Assembly: GCA_964247055.1 (NCBI GenBank)
Contig: OZ176051.1
Span: 10,230,001-10,294,000 of the forward strand
Length of the DNA stretch: 64,000 nucleotides
From: Paragordius varius
Lineage: Eukaryota; Animalia; Nematomorpha
Direction: 5' to 3'
Shown: piece by piece, positions 12,200 to 23,468 of the stretch
Numbering within the stretch: position 1 is the first letter of the stretch
How the letters are laid out: each line of letters starts with the position of its first letter
The notes under the pieces: generated by a model
Database searches by the model: none
Told to the model about the DNA's origin: nothing
Seen by the model: only the letters and a program-made list of their open reading frames with translations
Translations under genes and position numbers: made by a program

Positions 12200-15084
12200 G
12201 TGTTTTTTGTAAGGCGTGCAGGCCAGACCCGGCCAGTCGCTGCACGGAGGTAGGGGCCAATAGGGATATTGTAGAATGTGTTCTGCCAGTATAAATGTTG
12301 GCTCGTTAAAAAGTAAGTTATATGATTTAGTTGAAACTATGAGGGTAAAAAAAGTAAATTTTTTGTGCATTCAGGAGACCAGATACCGTGGAAATGGTAC
12401 TAAGACGTTAGAGGGTAATTATAAAATGTTTTATTCAGGTTCTACGGATGGTTACTGTGGGGTTGCCATAATAGTGTGCCCAAGATTTAATCAAGTAATT
12501 GAGGTTAGACGTGCTGACGGTAGAATCATAAGTGTCGACTTGTTAAATAAGAGGGTTTTTACTATATTTAGCGTTTATGCCCCCCAGATAGGTTTAACCA
12601 AACCGGAGAAAGATAAATTTTATGATTTGTTAGACGCAGAAATGACTTCATTAACGAAAGACAGACAAATTATATTTTGTGGTGATTTCAATGGGCACGT
12701 GGGACAAAATAGGAGAGGTTTTGGATTACGGGGTTATAAATGAAGAAGGGGCTAGTTTATTAAGATTTGCCAAATCTTATAACTTTGCTATAACAAATAC
12801 TTTTTTTACTAAAAGGGATAGCCACTTAATTACCTACGAAAGTGGAAATAAGAAGTCACAAATCGATTATAATCTAGTACCACGAAAGTCTTTAAAGTTT
12901 GTTTTGGACTGCAAAGTGATACCTAACCTGCAGATTAGCACACAACACAATTTAATTATGTGTAAATATATGACAGATATACTAATAAATGCCAAAAACC
13001 CTAAGCTTATAGCGCCGAAGGTAATTAAATGGGATTCTCTAAGAAACAGTAAAGAAAGATTCGTAGAAACGGTAGGCATACTAGACAGGAACAGTGATCC
13101 AGAAAGTGTTTGGTCTCAGGTGGCAAAAAATATAAGAGAGGCGGGAGTTAAGGTGTGCGGAACGAAAGGTGGCAGAAACCAGGTTTATAGAGAAGCATGG
13201 CTGAAAGACGAAAAAATAATTCAAAAATCGCGAGAGAAAAATCAAGCTTTTAAAATGTGGAGGTTTACCCACCAAGCAGAAGACAAGGAAAAATATAAAA
13301 GGATTAATAAGGAACTTAAAAGGCTTGTAAGAATGGTCAAAAAAGAAAAGATGGCATCATTATATGAAGAGTTAAACAGTAGGCAAGGTTTAAACAAAGT
13401 TTTTTAAATTGCTCGACAAAGACACAGAAGAAAGCTGGACTTGCCCCCTTACGCGACAGCTATTAAAGATAAAAACGGCAAATTACTCGTTGAGGAAGCG
13501 AAAATATTGAAAAGGTGGAAAGAATATTTTCAGGACCTTGAATTGGGCGTCAGTGAAACAAGTTTACCCGAAACACCAGATTATAAATCTGCGCATATTG
13601 AAAGTATAAAAAAAGAAGAAGTCCAGGCTGGTTTAGAGGAGATGTCAATAAATAAGGCTGCAGGTCCAGACGATATTAACATAAACTGTTGGAAAATATT
13701 GTCAGAGAAAGGTATTGAATTTTTAGTGGATATTTTTAATAATGTAGTTACTACAGATATGATACCAACCGAATGGAAGGAGAGTTTCACTGTTCCCATT
13801 TTCAAGGGTAAAGGAGATATCAATGATTGTAATAACTACAGAGGGATAAGATTGATGTCGCATACAATGAAGTTATTTGAGAAAGTACTAGAGAAAAGAA
13901 TAAGAAAAATGGTTAGTATAGAGGGTAATCAATTTGGTTTTATTCCAGGAAAATCCACCATTGATCCAATTCACGCAGTAAGAAGGCTAATCGAGAAGCA
14001 TATAGAAATGAAAAAGGAGTTGCATGGTATTTGTATTGATATTGAAAAGGCATTTGACAGAATACCTCGGAGCACAATATGGTGGAGCTTAAGACGGAAA
14101 AAGGTCCCTGAAAGTTACATAAAGATTTTAAAAAGCATGTACGAATCACACCAAACCAAAATTAAAACACACCAGGGAATATCAGGTCCTATTAAAATAA
14201 ACGAAGGGGTCTATCAGGGGTCTGCAATCAGTCCGTTATTATTTATAATATGCATGGACGAAATTTCAAAAGAAGTAGGGCAACATGGCTGGTATTTTCT
14301 TTATGCAGACGACCTAATAGTGCTGTCCGACGAGTTGCATGAATCAAAAGAATTGGTGGGTAAATGGATTGATGTGTTACGACGATGCGGATTAAAAGTT
14401 AACAAAAAGAAAACGGAACTGAAAAATTTGGGCGGAAAAAACGAGAAATAGAATTAGAAGAAGGGTGGGTATTAAAAGGTCAGGAAGAATGCAAATATTT
14501 AGGAGCGATATTAGCAGCTGTGGTTCTTTAACACTTGATATTAATTTAAGAATTCGAAATAGTTGGGCAAATTGTAAAAAGATCTCAAGTGTTTTGTGCG
14601 ACAAAAATATTGACCTAAAAGTAAAGGGTAAGAGTTACAGTGCTGTTGTACAACCAACAATGATGTACAACTCACAGACATGGGCAATAAAGAAATCAGA
14701 AGAGAGGCACTTTGAGGTTACTGAAATGAGAATGCTTAGATTGATGTGCGGTGTAACGAGGAATGACAAGGTGAAGAATGTCTACATAGGAAGTACGGAA
14801 ATCAAATCGGTAACGCAAAAGATGATGGTAAATCGTTTAAGATGGTTTGGTCATGTTGAAAGAAGAGATAAAAATTACATTGGTAAAAAGATTGATGATT
14901 ATATTGTAAAAGGCAAGAGGGGAAAAGGGCGCCCTAAAACGCGATGGATAGATACAGTTAAGAGGGACATGGCAAAACTGAACCTAAAACGCGAAGACGC
15001 CTTAGACAGGGTTCTATGGCGAAATAGTTTACGGATATGACCGCTCGAAAGAGTGATATCATAAAATGTAATTATTATTATTAT
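12200..15084 (+). mobile_element. RTE-clade non-LTR retrotransposon (APE endonuclease + RT), inactivated
   Basis: APE motifs SINVGSL, LCIQETR, SVYAP, CGDFNGHVG, SQIDY. RT motifs KAAGPDDI, NYRGIRL, QFGFIPGKST, IDIEKAFD, GVYQGSAISP, LYADD, KYLG. RTE-type C-terminus RLRWFGHVERR...GKRGKGRPKTRWID. Frameshifts near 12700 and 14450-14520, in-frame TAA at 13405-13407, (ATT)n tail at ~15070-15084. Confidence 0.93.
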
Positions 15085-15095
15085 ATGAAACTTAA

Positions 15096-18000
15096 TCCAT
15101 ATATTTATAAAAATGAAAAGTGGTGGCTTTGTGATCTGTTTCCGGAAAATCGATAGACCCATTCAAATCCCAATGTCGAAAAAATATAATCACTAATGAA
15201 TGTCCCGACAATAGCTTCGCTCTTTTTTTGAATTAGGTCCCCGGTTCGGGCCCACCCCGTGTAAAAACGGTTTTTTTGATAACAAATCTACAAAAATCGT
15301 GTCTTTAAGACAATTTTCCGGAAAACCTGTTGGACCATTTGATTTAAAATATGATTTTTTATTACTTATTTTTGATTGCGCCGAACATAGTCAGCTAGCA
15401 TTTTTGATTTAGGGCCTCTTTTTACCCGCTCCATCCGTAAAATGCCATTTTTTTCAAACAAAAATTAAGTACAAAAAAAATTTTTTGAATCTATTTTTTG
15501 CCCAAAGTATGAAACAGTAAAAATTCAATAAGGATTTCTGGTATTCTATCTTAAAAGGAAAAAATTTTAGTCAAACGTTTCTTTGATGAGTAAGGAGATA
15601 TCCGATTTACCCGTAACAAGGCAAAAATTTAGATCGCGCTGTTTTTTAAAATTAGCCCTTAATTAGGCCCTTCACGCTCTAAAAAATGCGCCACTATAGA
15701 ATTTTTTAATTTTGAGGCAATTTTGCCAAAAACTAATGAGAGCATATGTCAATCATGATTCCAGGTATTCTCCATATAAATGCAAAAATTTATATCAAGC
15801 GCTTTTTTTGTATCAGCCTCTGGGTAGGAAGCTCCCCGCCTATGACATCGTTTGGAGCTGATATAGTACCAACTAATGAGCTAACTTTTAAAGTAAAAGG
15901 TCAAATCTATTGATAAAGCAGGCTCTTTGCTTCCAGAAAATGGAGACATCACAAATTTTTACAAATATATTTTGTTAGTGATGATACCGTTGAACTTGGT
16001 ATCCGTTGCAGTAATTTTACCAATCTTAAGAGGCCAATTTTATAAGAGTTACAGGAACTATTACATCAACATAATCAGTTGGGGAAATTGTTCAAAACAG
16101 CAATAGATATGATGCCGTCTAATACGCATAAAATTGTTATTTATGTTGACAAAGTGCCTCATGGGGAACATGAACGCAGATTTAAGGCTCCCACAATGGA
16201 TGAGGTAGCGATTGTTATGGACGGCGATTAATTTTATTCAAGAGATATTGTTCTTCACCTGAGAAACAATAATTTGAAAAATGTGTCTGAGACTAATGGA
16301 TGTTACGATCCGTTACAATATTTACTAATATTCTGGGATGGCACAGATGGATATAATTTTAATGTTAATATGATTAATCCCATCACCAAACATGAAACTA
16401 ATTAAATGTAGCACAGTGAAATATTATTCGTATCGATTAATGATAAGGGACGGTCAGGATAATCCTATTTTAAGATGCCGACAATTATTACCCAATACAT
16501 TGTAGATATGTATGCAAAAATAGAAACAGAGCCTATGTTATCTTCGGTTAAATCATAAACTTCGTTCTGAGATGCTTTAGTTAATGAATGTAATATTAAC
16601 GATATTGGGAGATCGACACTACTACCATCCTCTTACATAGGTAGTCCTCTCCATAAGCATGAATCCCAGGATGCTTTCGCATATGTGGCACAATGTGGCC
16701 GCTCAGATTTATTTATTACATTTAGATGTAATCCTCTTTGGGAATCTATAAAAGTTCTCCTACCCCCTGGACAGGAGCCAAAAGATAGGTAGCTGATCCT
16801 ACGATTGATAAAGATTTAAATGAGGTCGTTATATCCTATACATGAACGTAGCCCTACAGTTGTTCATTTAGCAATACATTTAGAAAACAAGTAGCGTGTC
16901 TATTTTACAGCTTCTAATGCCATAGTGGTAACTAGAAATCCACCAGATACTACTTTAACCGCTTTCTTAATGTTATGCCAAAAGGACGCCTTTGCGAAAA
17001 CATTCTCTATTCCGAAATACCTTCCTATAACATATGGAATAAAAAAGAATTCGGACGGCCCAAGCAAGGGATTCCAGTTAGTTGCTATTCTGGTATATAT
17101 AAAGGTGCGGCATTAGGTAGATTATAAACGGTTCATCCAAACCAAGACGAATGTTCTTTTATTCGTCTGTTATTGATAAATGTGAGAGGACCATCATCAT
17201 TTGACTATTTAAAAACCGTAAACGGTGTTTTACATCCTACGTTTCGCGGTGCATGCCAGGCGCTCAATTTGTCGGAAGATGATCAACATTGGGATCTATG
17301 TATCCATGATACTTCAGTAATAATAAAAATATTAATAACGATGAGGTAGAATTTTTCAATGACGCTTTAAATCGAACAAGAGATATCAAACAGGCCTCTT
17401 AGGCTATTGGTAAGTATCTTCAAATCGAATGCTGTCGTTTCCATATAATATATAGAAAATTATCGTGAACAAGGTTATGATGAATTTGAGTTAAAATCCT
17501 ATCTAAATTGTATTATCAAAAATAACACAGGAACAAAAGATATTATACGATAAAATTATGCGGGATATTTTTAATCATGTTGGTGGGATAAAATTTTTTA
17601 ATACACCAGGAGGACCGGTAGAACATTTTTGAAGCTTATATTGGAAACTGTCAGGTGTAAAAAATATCTTTGACTATATTAAAATATTTATTACCCATTA
17701 AAAAATATATTTTAGTGTAAGGAGTTATTTTAATGAGTCGCTAAGTAAAGTTTTACGTCCTGAAAAATGCGCCGCCATAGATTTTTCAATTTTGAAACAA
17801 TATTTCCAAGAACCTTTAGGAACATATGGAATCCATGATAATCCTAGATATTCCCCATAACGCAATGCTCAACGCTTTTTTATACCTGCCCCTGTGCCCG
17901 CTAAAATCTGCGCCACTATATAGAATTTGATTTGGAGCTAATTTACAGAAAATATATGAAGCCATATGAGCTAATCAAAAGCTTGAAATATAACCCGTTA

Positions 18001-18360
18001 CCAGGTTAAAATAAAGGGACGTTTTTTATTAGTCGTTAATTTGGGGCCTTTACCCTTAAAATACGCCATATAACGATTATTTAGCGTTGAGGTATTTTTT
18101 CGAATAACCCATAAGACGATGGGATCAAAGATGATTCCAAATATTTTCCCCATAAATTAACTCAGCGCTTTTTTCATATAGGTCTATACGTAGGGGTCTA
18201 CAGGTTTAATACTGAGACGCCATACAAAAAGGACGTGGTTTTGGAGCTAATTTTCAAAAAACGTAAGAAGCCATACGAGTTCAATAATACCCATAAAAGG
18301 TAAAAATTATAGTATAGCGGTTTTTCCGTTCTCCGTCAATTTGGGGCCTTCACACCAGTA
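15096..18360 (+). mobile_element. Helitron, decayed autonomous-derived copy; 3' terminus not identified, right boundary approximate
   Basis: A|TC 5' end (TCCATATATTTATAAAAATGAAAAGTGGTGGCTTTGTGATCTG) is shared with 26966 and 49981. Family-specific internal repeats lie on both sides of a RepHel remnant. Confidence 0.85.
15890..17670 (+). pseudogene. Helitron RepHel (Rep domain + start of PIF1-like helicase) remnant with many stops and frameshifts
   Basis: Fragments AGSLLP, KFLQIYF, EHERRFKAPT.DEVAI, YDPLQYLL, QYIVDMYAKIE, LPSSYIGSP, DLFITF.CNP, HERSPTVVHLAIHLEN, VRGPSSFDYLKTVNG...TFRGACQAL, and a Walker A-like PGG.GRTF near 17610. Confidence 0.9.
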
Positions 18361-18858
18361 AACAATATATTAGTATGAATTCACAGCATTGAAAATTCTA
18401 TGAAGCACTGTTTTGTAAATCCTATGTGATTATAACTATTAAATAATGTTTCGAAATAATCCAATCCACATATGTGGATCACAATTTTGTTGAGCCCTTT
18501 TTTCAAATAGCGGCTTCGCAGGTTTCAGCTTACACTATCAGGTTTACCACGGTAAATAATTTAATACAGAAGAATTTATTCAGTAATTTTAATTTAATAA
18601 AATCAACTGCTAAAATGATAGTTTATGGGTACATAAATACTCTAAAATATAATCTTCTATAAAATATAAAAAATTAATGTATTCATATGTTAACATTACA
18701 ACTTTTGATAAATGAAATCTATCATATGACAAATTATATCCATATCTCCAATATACCACCCTTATCTAGATACTTATATAGCTCACGATCATTGTTTTTA
18801 TAATTATACCAATTCACCTTGTATAGGTATTCTTAATTTCCATATTAATTCATAGTTA

Positions 18859-19920
18859 CAGGGGCGTACCGAGGGGGGAGCAAGGGGGTGTATCATGCCC
18901 CGGGCGCCGTTATTTAGGGGCGTCTAAATGATTTTTTAATTAAATTTTAATTATGCATAAATAATAACAACTTTTAAGTAAGATTTTTCAGGAATTTACG
19001 TAATAATCCATAATATAATAAAATTATATAAAAGATCAAGAGCAAACATCATGCAAAAAACAACTTCCATTAGGTATTCCCTTCTACATGTGCAAATATT
19101 TTTTTGCTCAAAAAACGTTTTTTTATCAGGCACATATTGTTAATTCTTTTATTGCCTTTCATTAAATTATTTTAACTCCTTTCTATGTTCAAAACCCAAT
19201 TTAATCTATTTAAATCCCCAAAATTATTCCATCTCTAACAAGGTAGGTTTTTTATTAATATGCCTTGTATTTTTTATTACTTTTATTTTCATCAGATCTC
19301 AATGCATAAACTCAGCGGTTACGCAAATAGGATACGAAATATCAAAGAAAATAAAATAATGAGTATGAAATCTTATTTAACGAAAATATCTGACCAAAAC
19401 ATTGAAAAAAGTGTATGCGACATAAACATAATGGTCCTTAATAATAATAACATAAATACACCTGAAACCCTATTGATCCAATTAATAGAGATGAGAAAAC
19501 CACAAATATTCCATTAGTAATTCCAAGCGCTTATAGAGTTTAATGATGTCGTCTTTTTAAAATTTAATATAATAATGTTTCGGTAATATCTAATCAACTT
19601 CACACAAAAACCCCAATCTTGATTTTTTCGACGTGGTAAAAATAGGATTTGAAGTTGAGTGGTCTTGGCTTTTATATTCACCAAAGAACAGATCTACGTA
19701 TTGTTTTTGTTCTTTATGGTCGATCTAATTCTTTACCATCATCTTTTATAACTACGCATGGTTTTAATTAATATAGCCTCAATCATCGAAAAGCATTTAC
19801 TACTTGGAAAGAGGCAGAAAGAAAATTGATAAAATTGGCTTTCAAAAAAAAGGGGGGGGGGGGAGGGGGCGCTATAAGAGTTTTATGCCCCGGGCGCCGC
19901 AAATGCTCGGTACGCCACTG
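18859..19920 (+). mobile_element. hAT DNA transposon internal-deletion derivative (~1.06 kb) with perfect 8-bp TSD
   Basis: TIRs CAGGGGCGTACCGAG ... CTCGGTACGCCACTG. CATAGTTA is duplicated at 18851-18858 and 19921-19928. Internal remnants resemble a hAT transposase N-terminus (HKLSGYANRIRNIKE) and a TTF zinc finger (YSPKNRSTYCFCSLW near 19675-19725). Confidence 0.9.
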
Positions 19921-20139
19921 CATAGTTATATCTTCTATATAATTTTTTTGTATGACCTATTATTTTTAATTATATAATATTTATATTAATTATGGATTTA
20001 TATCCTCCTTATAATTTTTTTCTGCATTTTTATACCCTTAAACCCACTCAACAATATGCAGGCTATTTTCCGCCAAAATTATATAATAAATAAATTGGGA
20101 GTGCAGATCGCGTATTAAAGCAAAAAAATTTGACCTTCC

Positions 20140-20189
20140 AAATCCGATGGACTTCCTCAGGCTGCGTAGCAGCCTGAGATCTACACTAG
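20140..20189 (+). mobile_element. Helitron 3' terminus (hairpin + CTAG|T)
   Basis: CTCAGGCTGC-GTA-GCAGCCTGAG hairpin, then ATCTACACTAG|T. Nearly the same sequence is the 3' end of the mini-Helitron at 48315 (minus strand). Confidence 0.75.
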
Positions 20190-20755
20190 TATTTTTTATA
20201 AAATTTCAAATTTTTGCGGCTCCAAAAGTGTCAAATTTTTGGGGTCCTAAACGGGCAAGTTCTTTTAATATAAAAAAGGGCTCAGATTTTGCGATAGAAA
20301 TTTTAAATATCTGCTTGACATCCTATAACAAAATTTCGGTGAAGCGGGTTTTATGGCATTTTAAAGCAAGGTTGAAACGGTATAAGATTTTTTCTACATA
20401 ACATGATGCTGAACATTTTAATTGTCTCAAAAATCTAATTAAAATATTCGTTTATCCTCAAATGTATGCCAAATATAATTTTTTTACAAATTTCTCAATT
20501 TAATGGCAAACCAAACTTTAAATTATACTGAGGTGATAGAAATGTTCAGTATCAACGAATCCCAAAAAAAGTGTTCATATATCTTAAATTGTTTTACCAT
20601 TTCACAATGCTGCAAAATACAATAAAACTCGATTCATCAGTTGATATATAAATTTTTGACCAATATATTCATTTTGGAAAAAAACATATTTTGATGTTAA
20701 AGCATATAATTAATATTTTTATCGCGAAATCTCGGCCCTTTTGCCTTTATTTTAA

Positions 20756-21333
20756 CATTTCGATTCAAATTGGGTAAATACCCCAGACTAAATTGGATTT
20801 AGAATTTTTAATAAACTACTGAAGAAAACGGTCCAAATTTAAATTTATGCTTCTATCCTAATAAAAATTATATAAATATGCCAAAATATCTAAATAAAAT
20901 TTTGCTTTGAAAAAAAAGTTCCATGTCAAACTACTTCGACGCCATTTTTATTTAACAATATTTTTACAAAATGTCGTCTTCATTTAGTGTTAAGGGTAAA
21001 ATTAAAGCTAATTTGTTATTTAAATTACATCTAACATTGATAGAAATAGAAAAAGCAGGTTATTCTGTATTATTATTCAATCTTACCATTGCACACATGA
21101 CACGTTGACTACATTTTTACCTCTCGGTTTTAGCTTAAAATAAGTAATATCAAGTATTTTTGAATAATTTTTTTTATATATTTCGGTTTATTACTGTTAT
21201 ATAAGTGCACAATTTTGCCATGGTTTTGATTCCTTCCATATATTTTAAAAAAATTCAATTTTAAACAGGCCTGGGGTATTTAACTACCCCAATTTGAATC
21301 GAAGGACAGAAATGAATGTGTTGTATCCAAGTG
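20756..21333. mobile_element. TTAA-flanked MITE (piggyBac-like), copy 1
   Basis: TTAA at 20752-20755 and 21334-21337. Ends are CATTTCGATTCAAATTGGG and CCCCAATTTGAATCGAAG...AAGTG. The interior matches 47450-48000 and 56225-56780 in reverse orientation. Confidence 0.8.
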
Positions 21334-22964
21334 TTAATAGAACTTGCCCATTACAAAAATTTTAGACTTGTGGAGACCACATCTAAAATTTTATTTTAGA
21401 AAAATATTGGTTTGATTTTAAATGCAGTTTATGATAAATTTTAGTGGTATTTTTTTTAATGAGGAAGCTTTAGCTTTCACCAAAAATATTTTATTTAAAA
21501 AAATGTGCGCACTTTTCACCATTGCATGATAAGAATTAGGGCAGTTGCCTTAAAAGTGGTAATAACTTTCTGAAATCACTCGTAAGGATTAAAACTAAAA
21601 GCATCATGAAAATCTTGATACATCCTATTAGAGTATATAAAAATCATTTGGATTTTTTTGTGGACTGTATATATACCGCTTGTTGTTCCAAATTTTTACC
21701 GTTCTTTTGTTAAAAAACAAAATCTGGAGGACTAGTTCCTTTTGTTGAGATGTCTGGTTCTATTGTGTGAGCGGAGCTTTGTCACATAATATATTTCCTT
21801 TGCCATGTCTTCTGTTAGATTAATGGATGGTTTAAATCATTTGTTGGCGATAGCGTTGTGTATTAACGGTTCGCCGCACAGAATATTCCGCAATACCACT
21901 CTGGTCCTATTAAGAGCATGTTCTTGTAAAGCAATTAGGCATAGATGCTATAGAACGGCTTGGCAGGCATGAGGAAAGCCAATTTTTTTGTTTCGGATTT
22001 ATAAAGTAAAGCCCTTATTAATCACCCCTTCAATTTAATGCAAAAGATGAATTCCTTTCGTGACGTTTAATCAGCAAGTCAATTTACAATTTTCGATTCA
22101 ACGTTTAAATCTCAAGGGTTAATTATTTTTGATACTACTGATTGTTTTCATGAAACATGAATATATGACACTTTTTAATTAAATTAACATATATATCCAA
22201 ACTATTCACGTGTCGAAAATATTATATTCATAAATGTCGTTGAGTTTGGTTAGAGTTAATCAATATTTATGCACTTTACAGTATTCGCAGTTGAGCGGTT
22301 ATAGCGCCCGTCCTTATTCGCATTGAAATCGAACCTTTAAATTTTCGAAACCCGTCCACAAGTGAACGATGAACATCCTCTTTCATCTGATGAAATAAGT
22401 AAAGCAATGCGTGTCCCAAAGTTTTTGTAAGATTTAAAATTCGAAACGATTACTGAATCATAAAATTAAGATGTTAACTTTTGGACAAGCGTGACTAGAT
22501 GGGATGAACAAAATGGGCGTATCAAGTTAATTGTATGCGCACGTTTCGTTGGTGCTTTCTCTTAGTTAAACCAGTAATGATTTATGACACCTTGTTTCTC
22601 ATAAACTATTGATGTAATTTTATTGTAAATCACTAATGAATTTGTCTATAATATATTATAGTTTTTTCGCCTAAACAACCTATAAAATTAGAGTTTATTT
22701 TTTTTCGATTTATGCGTATAAAAGGTGATACGCATTTTTCAAAGTCATATCGTAATTTTTTTATCCTCCAAAATTAAAATAATATTCCCTAAAATTAATT
22801 GGCTTTTATATTATAAAACTTAAAACACTAGATCATTGGTAAATAACTAATTATCTTTTATTATCAAGATAAAGCAAATGTAGTCATATTTATTTATTAA
22901 TATAAAACTATATATATATATATATGCGAGCAAAATCATATGATTACTGAACATACAATAATTA

Positions 22965-23404
22965 CAGCCATGTATCCTTTATTTTATGAGAAATTTATAA
23001 TATTTGTTAAAGAATGGAAAAAACAACACCTTTATGGTATTAACAATATTATATTCATCAAAAATGTAAAAGAAGTGTGGGGAAGGGCGTTGAAACTTAT
23101 ATCGTATGTGTTCATGCATATTTAAATTAATGTTGAAAGAATTGAGAATTTCTAAAAAAATTTATTACCATTCCCAACTCTTTTAACATTAATTTTAAGA
23201 AAAAGGGTTATTAGTTAGTGTATTTTCATTATACTTAAACACATATTACCATATAAGATTTTCGACGCCCTTCCCCTACACTTCTTTTACTTTTTGATGA
23301 ATATGATATTAATACCATAGAGCTCTTGTTTTTTCCATTCTTTAACAAATATTTATACCAATTTAACAAAAAATTAATTTTTTATAAAATAAAGTATATG
23401 ACTG
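22965..23404. mobile_element. Palindromic ~440-bp MITE, TA|CAG...CTG|TA, just downstream of the GT31 paralog 2 stop codon
   Basis: ~150-bp arms (e.g. ATTCATCAAAAATGTAAAAGAAGTGTGGGGAAGGGCGT vs ACGCCCTTCCCCTACACTTCTTTTACTTTTTGATGAAT) plus an inner inverted pair. TA on both sides. Confidence 0.8.
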
Positions 23405-23468
23405 TAAATACTTGAACCATATATGCACATTTTCCTTAGTGGTGTTCAAAGTTAATTATTGGAATAGT

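Noticed and set aside
12867-15162. Minus-strand ORFs at 12867, 13081, 13581, 14392 and 14899
   Set aside because: They are antisense to the RTE coding sequence and have no independent motifs.
22388-22450. CTGATGA...GAAA as a possible hammerhead ribozyme core
   Set aside because: Convincing stems I-III could not be formed, and such words are frequent in AT-rich DNA.
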